The notes beneath the pieces are model-generated. The model saw nothing but the letters and a program-made list of their open reading frames with translations. It made no database searches and was not told the origin of the DNA. Below are positions 37,996 through 47,482 of a stretch of 64,000 nucleotides of DNA, one piece after another (within the stretch, counting starts at the first letter, position 1; every line of letters begins with the position of its first letter). A program made the position numbers and the translations under genes. The DNA is from Chlamydiia bacterium (lineage in GTDB: Bacteria; Chlamydiota; Chlamydiia; Chlamydiales; Rhabdochlamydiaceae), in contig CAWDOQ010000002.1 of assembly GCA_963804085.1 (NCBI GenBank), positions 128,001 to 192,000 of the forward strand. The letters run 5' to 3'.

Positions 37996-39474
37996 AAGCA
38001 GCTGTTTTTTCTCTATGTCTTGCCCTCTCCTCTCTTTGTGCAGAGGAGATAGCTCCCGATTCCGCTTCTCTCTCCTCGTCCAATGCCGCATATGATGGAA
38101 ACACGCTCGTTTTAACCGGCCACGTGATGCTCGATCATGGCCTGGGCAAGATGGCAGCAGACACAGCAAAACTTGAAAAACAAGAGACAGGAAAGGACTT
38201 TCCCTTCTCTCTCATCCACCTGCAAAACAACGTGCGTGTGGCTCTTAAAACTGATGCCGAGGTGCAGTGCGACTCTGCCGACTTTGATTTCAGCACACTT
38301 AAAGGCCTACTCCTCTCTCAAGGAGATAGCCGCGTTGTCTATTCCGACACGCTGAAAAGGAAAAAAGGAGAAAAAGCCTACTTCCGCCTCCTTGGAAAAA
38401 CTGTCGAGCTCGGCATGTCTAAAAAAGAGACAAGAAGGCAAAAAGAGCGACTTTGAGATCGAGACAATTTTAGCAAAAGAAGATGTCCTTATCGACTACG
38501 CTCAAGAGTTTACTCTGCGCGCGGGCCATGCGCTTTACCGCAAAGGCAGTACTCCAGAAAAAAAGGGCAACTACAAAGAGTTCCAGGGTACAATCACCGC
38601 TTATCCTCAAGACGCCGATCACCCTTGCCTGCTTGCGCACGAAGGCGATCTGATCCAGGCACAAGCTGTTGATCTAGATCTTATCCATTCCAAAATCTCA
38701 CTCTCCAATCCGCAAGGGGTCCTTCTCTCTTCTATTCTTCCCGGTGTGCAAAAAGGTGAGATGCGCTTTTCCTGTAAACACCTCGTCTGGGATCACATGA
38801 AAAACATCCTCACTTTAAAAGGGGATGTGCGTGTAATCGAAAATCTTCTGGGAGATCTCTCCTCAGATGGAATACTAGAGATCGTTCAAGAGAAACAAAA
38901 ACAGGAGAAACTCCTCAAGACGATCCGCACAAACGGCAAGACGACGCTCCATTTTAAAGACTCTGGCGATAATACCCATCACCTCATCTCGCACGGCTCC
39001 TTCTTGTTTGACAGGCAGCACGGCTCCGCTTTTATAGAGAGCCCTAAACAGGATGGTGTTGTTCCAACGGAGAAGCAGATCTATTACGAAGCTCAAAATT
39101 TTGGCCTCTATGCCGACAAGGGACGCATGGAGTATGCAGATGCGCATCCAACTAGCGTGCAGCTCTCCGGTGCTATCCGCCTCTTCTCTTTAGACAGCGT
39201 AAAGCCGCGCTATGCGATAGGAGACCGTCTGAGCTTTTCTACAACGACGCGCACACTCATTCTGTCGGCAAATCCAGGCAAAAACGTCCTCTTCTTCGAT
39301 GAGAAAGAGGCTTTGCGCATCTCGGCTCAAGAGGTGCATATCACACAAAATCCTGAGACACACGAAGAGAGCGTGCAAGGCATCGGCAGAGTCCAATTCT
39401 CCTTTAGCGACGAAGAAAATAGCCTGCTAACAAGAATTTTCCCCCACTACATACCCCCAAAAACAAGCCCATGA
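37992..39474 (+). CDS. Secreted OstA/LptA-like beta-jellyroll protein; frameshift near 38425
   Basis: Signal peptide; repeated YDGNTLVLTGHV, WDHMKNILTLKGDV, LILSANP units; split over ORFs 37992..38456 and 38392..39474; directly upstream of lptB. Confidence 0.65.
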
Positions 39475-40208
39475 GTAGAGACCAAGACGCGATCCTAACT
39501 GCAGAAAATCTAGAAAAATCGTACGGCGGCAAACCGGTCGTAAACGGCCTATCCATCTCCGTCAAAAAGGGAGAGGTCGTAGGACTGCTCGGCCCCAATG
39601 GCGCCGGCAAAACCACCGCCTTTTACATGACGATCGGACTGATCCGTCCGGACAAAGGCGAAGTGTTTTTTAAGAAAAAACGGGTCACCGATCTTCCCAT
39701 CCACGAGCGAGCGCTCATGGGAATGGGCTACCTGGCACAAGAGCCCTCTATCTTCCGCCATCTGACCGTGGAAGAGAACATCCTCTGCATCTTAGAAACC
39801 CTTCCGATCAGTAAAGGCGAAAGAAAGAAACGCCTCGAGAGCCTTCTGCACGAACTCCATTTAGAGAAGCTGGCCAAAAAGCAAGCTATCAGCTTATCCG
39901 GCGGTGAGAGAAGAAGACTTGAGATCACACGAGCGCTCGTGACAGAACCCTCCCTCCTCCTATTGGATGAGCCCTTTGCTAACATCGATCCGCTTGCAGT
40001 GCGCGATGTCAAAGAGATGATCCGCCATCTAAAGAGCAAAGAGATCAGTGTGCTTATCACCGACCATAACGCACGCGAAATCTTTTCTATCGTCGATAGA
40101 AGCTATCTTGTGCGCGAAGGCAAGGTGCTGATGTCAGGTTCTGTAGATGCGCTCCTCGGCGACAAAGAAGCGCGCTTGTCTTATTTTGGCGAAGACTTTA
40201 GATTGTGA
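39471..40208 (+). CDS. lptB: LPS export ABC transporter ATP-binding protein
   Basis: GLLGPNGAGKTT, GYLAQEPSIFR, LSGGERRRLEI, LLDEPFANIDP, LITDHN. Confidence 0.95.
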   Translation: MSRDQDAILTAENLEKSYGGKPVVNGLSISVKKGEVVGLLGPNGAGKTTAFYMTIGLIRPDKGEVFFKKKRVTDLPIHERALMGMGYLAQEPSIFRHLTVEENILCILETLPISKGERKKRLESLLHELHLEKLAKKQAISLSGGERRRLEITRALVTEPSLLLLDEPFANIDPLAVRDVKEMIRHLKSKEISVLITDHNAREIFSIVDRSYLVREGKVLMSGSVDALLGDKEARLSYFGEDFRL

Positions 40209-40224
40209 AAAAAAGGAGACAAAC

Positions 40225-40584
40225 ATGTCACGCACCGTCGAAGAGATCGCTAAAGACTACTACATCGGCTTAGACCAAGCATTCAAAGTAGGAAAGATCA
40301 ATCCGGTGAAATTCCATTTTGCCGATGATATACGCATCATTGGCCCCATGGAACAGATCGAAGGCAAGCCTCAGGCGCTCAAGATGCTCGATGAGAAGTT
40401 TGTTCCCATGGTGGACAAACTCATTCACAACCACCAGTTTTACGACAGAAGCTCCGTCTGCACCCTCTTAGATTGTGTGACAAAAAAACCACACATCACC
40501 ATCCCTGCCGCCGAATGGCTGAAAATCAAAAACGGCCTAATCTACGAGATCCACCTCTTCTACGACAGCGCCAAATGGTCTTAG
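40225..40584 (+). CDS. NTF2/SnoaL-like small protein
   Basis: AGGAG RBS; FADDIRIIGP..IEGK and AAEWLKIKNGLIYEIHLFYD resemble the SnoaL fold. Confidence 0.65.
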   Translation: MSRTVEEIAKDYYIGLDQAFKVGKINPVKFHFADDIRIIGPMEQIEGKPQALKMLDEKFVPMVDKLIHNHQFYDRSSVCTLLDCVTKKPHITIPAAEWLKIKNGLIYEIHLFYDSAKWS

Positions 40585-40619
40585 ATTTAGATTAAGTTAA
40601 GTAGTTTGGGATTTGTCTA

Positions 40620-40990
40620 GTGGATACACTCTTATGTGGAGTGCGGCGACTCGTCGCCGCTTTTCTCCATCGAGACTTGTCACGATGTCTCTTCAAGAAA
40701 GAGCGGCGACAAGTCGCCGCACTCCATACAAGAAGGATACACTCTTTAAGTGTGCTACTGCGACGCGACATGGAAGGGGCCCGCGACGAAGGAGTGGGGA
40801 GGGAATGCGCCGAGCAGCCATTCGACTCAGATCGCACAGCAAAATCGCTGTCGCAGGAGAGCGCGAGCGCGTGGGGGTTCGTGTTATACACAACCCTCCG
40901 ACGAGCACGCGATTTGGCACAGCGAGGTGAGGCGCAAGGGGGCAGCTGGGGGGCGGGACGAGAATCGCCAGACCCCCGACATGTCTATTG
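40620..40990. repeat. Second locus of the composite element (REP-like pair plus 230-bp unit)
   Basis: Reverse complement matches 26835-27235. Contains GGAGTGCGGCGACTCGTCGCCGC..GCGGCGACAAGTCGCCGCACTCC and ends CCCCCGACATGTCTATTG. Confidence 0.85.
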
Positions 40991-41007
40991 CTCCACTACA
41001 AAAACGC

Positions 41008-41814
41008 CTACTTTTTAAAGGGTTGTTTATTGGAGGCGATGAGGGCTTGCTGGGCTTCTTCTTGGGTGAGCCAGCGGTGGTCTCTCATCAAGGTCTTGAG
41101 CTGGTAGTCGGCGACCTTCTCATCGAGAGTTGGAATCGCTTTCTCACTAGCTGTGTAGTGGTAGGCCAGGCAAGGAATGTTCATCTCTTTGCATGCTTTT
41201 TCTACACTCTCTACCTGTTCGATACGATCATCGATGAAAATGATCTTCTCGGGCTTCTCTTTAAGGTTTGCGACAATCTCTTTAAGGACAGGACCTTTCA
41301 AATTCGCCTCTGTTTTAATCACCCCATTGTCATATTCATAGGTCTTTCCTGAGGGAAGCTCACGAAGAGCGTCTTGAAAAGGCAGTCCCAGTTTTTTCAG
41401 GTTGTCTATGCAGAAACCTTTGAGAGAAGAGTCCAGGTAGGTCTTTGTAAAAGCAATGACCTTAGCACCATTTTTTTGCGCTTGCGCAATGAGCTTTGGC
41501 CAGCTTTCCTCAACGAGCTCCCAATTTTGGGTGTCGCCCTCGACAATCCGCAACGCCTGGATGATCTCAGAACGGCTAATCCCCGGCTTTTGACTTTGGA
41601 TCCAAGAGCGCTTCCACCCCTCATTTTTCGAGTTAAAAATAGGGTCTTTATGCTTTGCAAGGGTCTGGCCGATGTCTACGAGAATGAGAGTTTTACTGCC
41701 CGAGGCTGCAAACTCCTGTTCGATCGGCTGTACAGAGTCTGTTTTACGGACTTCCGCATAGCCTGTAATCGTTAATAGAAGCGCTAGCGCCGTTATTAAA
41801 ATTTTTACTTTCAT
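41008..41814 (-). CDS. DUF2608-like secreted HAD-superfamily protein
   Basis: Signal peptide; LILVDIGQTL (degenerate DxD), KGPVL, KIIFIDDR. Confidence 0.7.
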   Translation of the reverse strand: MKVKILITALALLLTITGYAEVRKTDSVQPIEQEFAASGSKTLILVDIGQTLAKHKDPIFNSKNEGWKRSWIQSQKPGISRSEIIQALRIVEGDTQNWELVEESWPKLIAQAQKNGAKVIAFTKTYLDSSLKGFCIDNLKKLGLPFQDALRELPSGKTYEYDNGVIKTEANLKGPVLKEIVANLKEKPEKIIFIDDRIEQVESVEKACKEMNIPCLAYHYTASEKAIPTLDEKVADYQLKTLMRDHRWLTQEEAQQALIASNKQPFKK

Positions 41815-41863
41815 ATCTATCCCCTCCCTTTCTTTTGAAGCTAAAAGGATAGCATAAAACTCT

Positions 41864-42949
41864 TTAAAGAGACAGATCTTCTATAGCACTCAGGACATCT
41901 TTAACGGGAAGGGTAAAGAGGCAATCGCTCTTTTTGCTTCCCCCGCACCCGTCTAAAAAGCAGGGACGGCAGGAGGTCTGTTTGGTGACAACGCGGCTTT
42001 CACGGTGCATCCAAGGCCCCCAGTTCTGTTCTGAGGTCGGACCGAAGAGAGCCACAACGGGCGCTTTTAATGCCGATGCAATATGAAGAGGTACAGAATC
42101 GACACAGATTAAACATTCGCTTTTTGCAATCAGTGCAGAGAGCTCTTTCAATGTTAGCTTACCGGCAAAGTTAACGATATTGACCTGCGGCACAAACCTT
42201 ATGATCTCATCGATCATTTTTTTCTCTTCTAGATCTGGTCCTGAAGAGAGAACGATCCGTTTGTTTCTTCTGTTTAGCTCAGTGATAAGCTCGGCAATAA
42301 AAGTGGCCGGAGGACATTTGAATTTCCAGCGAGATACCGGATGGAGCAGAAAGTAGCCGCCCTCTTTTAATCCCTCTTTTTGGAGCAGCTCTTGCACGCT
42401 CTTTTGCGCAGATTCCGGAACATGTAAAAACAAGGAGCGTTCTGCGGGTGCTGGAAAGATACCAATCTTTCGCAGCACATCGATCTGCCTTTCTACCGTA
42501 TGCCGCTCTGATGGGCAGGGCTTTACAATGTGCGTGTAGATCTTCTTTTTACCCTTCATCCCCTTGCCTTGCGGATCAAACCCTACGCGAAAACGCGCCC
42601 CCGAGACAAGTGCTGCGATCGCTCCCCTATCCCCTTCTGTCAGATTGAGGACAAGATCATATTTCCCTCTTTTTATCCTCAGTAAAAGCTGCGCTTCTTT
42701 CCAGAGCCTTTTCCACAAAGGAAGTTTTTTAACCCCTCGATCGTAAAGAATAAATTGAGAGATCGCCGGATGCCCTTCTAGCATCGGCAAAGTGTCCTGG
42801 TAGATAAAAGCATCGATCTGGACATCGGGAAGATTTTTTTTAAGAAGAGTGAAGATCGGCGAAGTGAGAAGCACATCTCCGTGATGGCGCATTTTAATGA
42901 CTAAAGCGCGCCTAACTTGGCTTAAATCTGGGTAGTTTCCATACGTCAT
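41864..42949 (-). CDS. GT9 LPS heptosyltransferase (RfaQ/WaaQ-like)
   Basis: LVIKMRHHGDVLLTSP, YDLVLNL, LHPVSRWKFK, ICVDSVPLHIASAL..PVVALFGPT..WGPW. Confidence 0.85.
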   Translation of the reverse strand: MTYGNYPDLSQVRRALVIKMRHHGDVLLTSPIFTLLKKNLPDVQIDAFIYQDTLPMLEGHPAISQFILYDRGVKKLPLWKRLWKEAQLLLRIKRGKYDLVLNLTEGDRGAIAALVSGARFRVGFDPQGKGMKGKKKIYTHIVKPCPSERHTVERQIDVLRKIGIFPAPAERSLFLHVPESAQKSVQELLQKEGLKEGGYFLLHPVSRWKFKCPPATFIAELITELNRRNKRIVLSSGPDLEEKKMIDEIIRFVPQVNIVNFAGKLTLKELSALIAKSECLICVDSVPLHIASALKAPVVALFGPTSEQNWGPWMHRESRVVTKQTSCRPCFLDGCGGSKKSDCLFTLPVKDVLSAIEDLSL

Positions 42950-43026
42950 GAAAAATTCTCCATGAGAAAAATCTAGCAGATCTCTATAATTAAAGGCTGT
43001 TTTAAATTTAATCTGGAGAAACAATT

Positions 43027-43452
43027 ATGGCCGTAGAACAAACACTGTCTATCATCAAGCCGGACGCCGTGGCTGCAAACAACATCGGCGCAATTTTAAG
43101 CCGTTTTGAAATCGCAGGATTAAAAATTGTCGGCGCCAAAATGGTGCGCCTCAACACAGAAAATGCAAAAGCTTTCTATGCTGTGCATGCGCATCGCCCA
43201 TTCTTTCAAGAGCTCGTCTCTTTTATGACGACAGGACCCATCCTTGCGATGGTGTTAGAAGGAGATGATGCCGTTGCTAAACACCGCACACTCATGGGCG
43301 CAACCAATCCCAAAGAAGCTGCCCCCGGCACCATCCGCGCAGACTTTGCCAAATCGATCGACAAGAACGCGATCCATGGCTCAGACAGCCGCGAGAATGC
43401 AAAAACCGAGGTGGCCTTCTTCTTCAAGCCCCACGAGATCTTCTCTCGGTAG
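43027..43452 (+). CDS. ndk: Nucleoside diphosphate kinase
   Basis: [43 protein letters not shown]. Confidence 0.98.
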   Translation: MAVEQTLSIIKPDAVAANNIGAILSRFEIAGLKIVGAKMVRLNTENAKAFYAVHAHRPFFQELVSFMTTGPILAMVLEGDDAVAKHRTLMGATNPKEAAPGTIRADFAKSIDKNAIHGSDSRENAKTEVAFFFKPHEIFSR

Positions 43453-43453
43453 C

Positions 43454-43837
43454 TTACTTTTTGAGTTCTTGCACTAAGGCTTCTGCGAGGTTTTTTACCT
43501 CTCTGAGATCTGCAGGAGAGATACGGTCAGGTCCGCTTCTAAGGAGGTTTTCTACTTTTTCAGTTAAAGCGTCTAACGTTACTTTAGCATCTCGTGGGAG
43601 CCCTGATTTCATCTGTTGGAGAATGCTGATATTTTCCATCATTTTATAAGTAAGTATTCGAATCTGACTGGCTCCTACTTGCGGATCGATTTTTCTATCT
43701 GCAATCTCCTCTTGTATCTTTGCTATCTCTTGAGCTTCATCTACAATTTTTTGAGCATATTTTTGAGCGCCTGGATTACCTTGATCTCCAACGCCTCTTA
43801 CATAACCTGGTCCTACCGGGGGAACGCCACCTACCAT
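43454..43837 (-). CDS. Hypothetical helical protein with a GGVPPVGPG N-terminus (candidate T3S substrate)
   Basis: AGAGG upstream; MVGGVPPVGPGY followed by amphipathic helices. Confidence 0.6.
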   Translation of the reverse strand: MVGGVPPVGPGYVRGVGDQGNPGAQKYAQKIVDEAQEIAKIQEEIADRKIDPQVGASQIRILTYKMMENISILQQMKSGLPRDAKVTLDALTEKVENLLRSGPDRISPADLREVKNLAEALVQELKK

Positions 43838-43973
43838 AAAGCCTCTCTAAAAGTTTGTTGCCTATAGACAACCCTGTAAAATAAGGTGGGATAAAACACA
43901 AGGTTATTGGCTGGCGCAGGCGACGCGCTGCTCAAGAGCGCTTAGCTCTTTGCGACTTTGCCTTGAGATAGAG

Positions 43974-44440
43974 ATTCAACGCAAAGCCGCGATGACCCCA
44001 AGTCACAAAAACCCGCAAAGCAAAAATATCTAGCGATATTTTTGACTTTATGAAAGGAAGACAAAAGCGGGATTGCCACCCAAATCTTTGTACCACGAAG
44101 TGGTAACAAGCTGCGAAGCAGCGACAGGCGCTAGCCGTAGGTGACGAAGGAACCTACGGTCATGATATCCCTCATCTAAAAGAGCCACGCAAGTGGCGAC
44201 ACAATTTTGTTTCGCCACTTGCGTGGCTCTATGTAGTTGTGGGTAGATACCGGGGGTTCCCTTCGGTCACCCCCGGCTAACCTCTGTCGCTGCTACGCAG
44301 CTAAACACCGCTTCGCGGTTCAAAAATTTGAAGTAGCAATCCCGCCTTTTGCATTCCTTCCATAAAGTCACAAATATCTGCCGCAGGGCAGATATTTTTG
44401 CTTTGCGGCCTCTTCGCGACTTTGCGGCTTTGCGTTGAAT
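43974..44440. repeat. ~467-bp imperfect palindrome with nested REP-like hairpins
   Basis: The left arm ATTCAACGCAAAGCCGC..GCAAAGCAAAAATATCT..GACTTTATG..GCGGGATTGC..AGCAGCGACAG is mirrored at 44285-44440; central hairpin at 44181-44230. Confidence 0.8.
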
Positions 44441-44450
44441 AAAAATTTCT

Positions 44451-46272
44451 TTAGCGTGGAGAGCCGCAGGCGACGCGCTCTTCAAGAGCGCTGAGCTCTT
44501 GCGAGATGCCCTTGGGAAGGTGGTGGCCAAAAAGAGGGAAGTAGTGCTCGAGCTCTTCGCACTCTTTTTTCCAGGCGTTCTGATCGATTTTAAATAGCTC
44601 CAGGTGCGCTTCTTTAGAGATAGAGAGGCCTGTCAGGTCTAAAGCTCCCTCTGCGGGGATGTAGCCGAGAGGAGACCTTGCTGCATGGTTTTTGCCTTGC
44701 GTCCTTTCGAAAATCCACTTTAAGACGCGGATGTTTTCGCCAAAACCGGGCCAGAGCCAGCTCCCATCTTGTGCTTTTCTAAACCAGTTCACATGGAAGA
44801 TGCGCGGCCGTTTCTCTTCTTGGATCTTCATCCCCATATCGAGCCAGTGTTGGAAGTAGTCGCCCATGTTGTAACCGCAAAAAGGGAGCATCGCAAAGGG
44901 ATCGTGCCGTAATTTTCCTACCTCTCCCTTGGCAGCAGCAGTCATCTCGGAAGAGACGCTCGCGCCAATGAATGTGCCATGCTGCCAATCAAATGCTTGG
45001 TAGACGAGAGGAACGCTTGTACTGCGTCTTCCTCCAAAAATAATCCCTGAAATGGGAACGCCTTTGGGATCATCCCATTTAGGATCGAGCACAGGACATT
45101 GTGAAAGAGCTGCTGTGAAGCGCGCATTAGGATGCGCAGCTTTTACTCCAAGCTCAGGAGTCCAGGGCTTGCCCATCCAAGAGGTCAGCTCTGGCGGAGG
45201 CACCTTTGTCATCCCCTCCCACCAGACATCTTTATCTGGCGTGAGCGCAACGTTGGTAAAAATGGTGTTCTTCTCAATCGTCCTCATCGCACTCGGATTG
45301 GAATCATAAGAGGTACCGGGCGCGACTCCGAAAAAGCCTGTTTCGGGATTAATCGCATAAAGCCGGCCATCTTCTCCTATTTTCATCCAGGCGATATCAT
45401 CGCCAACGCACTCTACCTTCCATCCCTTCAAGGTGGAATTCAGCATGGCGAGATTTGTTTTGCCGCATGCGCTTGGAAAGGCGGCGACAAAGTAGCGTTT
45501 TTCTCCCTCGGGATTCGTGATCCCCATGATGAGCATATGCTCTGCCATCCAACTCTCTTCTCTTGCCATGACGGAGGCGATACGCAAGGCAAAACACTTT
45601 TTGCCTAAAAGTGCGTTTCCTCCATAACCGCTGCCAAACGACCAGATGCTCTTCTCTTCGGGAAAGTGGACGATTGCGCGTTTTTGTGGATTGCAAGGCC
45701 AGGGCATATCTTTTTGGCCGCTCTCAAGAGGAACGCCGACCGAGTGCATGCACAGGAACAAAAAAGTCGTTTTTTAGCACATCGAGCGCCCGTTTTCCCA
45801 TGCGCGTCATGATCTTCATGCTGCAGACAACATAGGGCGAGTCGGTGATCTGCACGCCGATGTGAGAGATCTTGGAGCCGAGCGGCCCCATGCTAAACGG
45901 CATGACATACATCGTTCTGCCGCGCATACATCCTTTAAAAAGCGTTTTTAGATGCGCCTTCATCTCTTGTGGATCTTTCCAATTATTGGTAGGGCCCGCC
46001 TCCTCTTTTGTGCGCGAGCAGATAAAGGTCGACTCTTCTACGCGCGCAACATCGTCAGGATGGGAATGGCACCAGAAGGATCCGGGTCTTTTTTGAGGAT
46101 TGAGCGGGACGAAGACCCCTTGTTTTACAAGCTGGTCACATAAACTCTTGTACTCTTCTTCGGAGCCATCACAGAGATAAAGGGAGGAGGGGTTGCATAA
46201 GGAGACGGCTTCTTCGACCCAACGGATGAGATCTTGGTTGGTGGTCCAAGCTGTAAGATTGTCATGCGCCAT
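44451..46272 (-). CDS. pckG: Phosphoenolpyruvate carboxykinase (GTP); frameshift near 45754
   Basis: [83 protein letters not shown]. Confidence 0.95.
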
Positions 46273-46286
46273 TTAAAAGACCTCAG

Positions 46287-46360
46287 AGAAACGACCAAAA
46301 GGACCTAAGGGACCAAAAGGACCTAAACGACAAAAAATTACTGTCCTTTAGGTCGTTTCT
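46287..46360. repeat. Short 9-bp tandem units with a flanking inverted repeat
   Basis: GACCAAAAG/GACCTAAGG/GACCAAAAG/GACCTAAAC; AGAAACGACC pairs with GGTCGTTTCT. Confidence 0.55.
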
Positions 46361-46370
46361 TCAACGCTCA

Positions 46371-47471
46371 CTAGAGCATCGATTTGCGTTTCTTAAACTT
46401 ATCCAGATATTCAAGAGCTTTTCCTGTGCCCATGCAGACTGCAAGAAGCGGGCTAGGAGCAACGATAACAGGAAGACCGGTCTCTTTGATAAGCGCCTTG
46501 TCCAAGCCTTTGATGAGAGCGCCGCCGCCTGCCATTACCATCCCTCTTTCGACGAGATCTGCTGCAAGTTCGGGCGGGCATTTTTCTAGCGTGAGCTTGA
46601 CACCTTCGATGATCTGCTGAAGCGGCTCGGCAAGACACTCGCGGATTTCGACAGAGTTGATTCGTTTTGTGACAGGAAGGCCTGCCACCTGATCTCTTCC
46701 TCGCACCTCCATCTCCAGCTCGTTGTCTCCGAGCGGATAGGCAGAGCCGATGATCATCTTGATCTCTTCGGCAGTGCGTGGTCCAATCATTAAATTATAG
46801 GTTCTACGCATGTAGTTGACGATGCACTCGTCAAACTCATCCCCTGCAATGCGAAGTGAGCGTGATTCGACGATACCACCCAAAGAGATGATAGCGATCT
46901 CGGTTGTTCCACCCCCGATGTCGATGATCATAGTGCCAGAAGGCTCATGCACAGGAAGATCGACGCCGATCGCAGCTGCCATAGGCTCTTCGATGAGAAT
47001 TACCTCTTGGGCCCCGGCTCTTAAGGCAGAGTCTTCGACTGCGCGCTTCTCAACTCCTGTGATCCCCGAAGGGACAGCGATCAGGATCTTAGGACGAAAT
47101 AGTGTGCGAGCAGGAGTGACGCGCTTGATCAGCGCTTTTAACATCCCTTCTGCGATCTCAAAGTCGGCGATCACCCCATCTTTCATGGGGCGTACAGCAT
47201 GGATTTTGCGTGGAGTTTTACCGAGCATCGCTTTGGCTTTATGGCCCACTGCGAGCACTTCGTTTGTCGTCGTGTCGACTGCAACGACAGAGGGTTCGGC
47301 AAGTACGATGCCTTTACCACGGACGTAGATAAGCGTGTTGGCTGTACCCAAGTCGATACCGATATCACTCGAAAAGAGTCCCGATACTTGACCGCATTTA
47401 TCGAGGATGCTTCTTCCGAATTGTCCTACCAATCCCGGTAGATTCAACTGGCCTGATTTATTTTTGCTCAT
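46371..47471 (-). CDS. mreB: Rod shape-determining protein MreB (with N-terminal extension)
   Basis: [46 protein letters not shown]. Confidence 0.98.
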   Translation of the reverse strand: MSKNKSGQLNLPGLVGQFGRSILDKCGQVSGLFSSDIGIDLGTANTLIYVRGKGIVLAEPSVVAVDTTTNEVLAVGHKAKAMLGKTPRKIHAVRPMKDGVIADFEIAEGMLKALIKRVTPARTLFRPKILIAVPSGITGVEKRAVEDSALRAGAQEVILIEEPMAAAIGVDLPVHEPSGTMIIDIGGGTTEIAIISLGGIVESRSLRIAGDEFDECIVNYMRRTYNLMIGPRTAEEIKMIIGSAYPLGDNELEMEVRGRDQVAGLPVTKRINSVEIRECLAEPLQQIIEGVKLTLEKCPPELAADLVERGMVMAGGGALIKGLDKALIKETGLPVIVAPSPLLAVCMGTGKALEYLDKFKKRKSML

Positions 47472-47482
47472 AAAAAAAATTT

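Noticed and set aside
40592-41352. Overlapping ORFs across the second composite repeat and antisense to the DUF2608-like gene
   Set aside because: Repeat-derived or shadow frames with no protein-like features.
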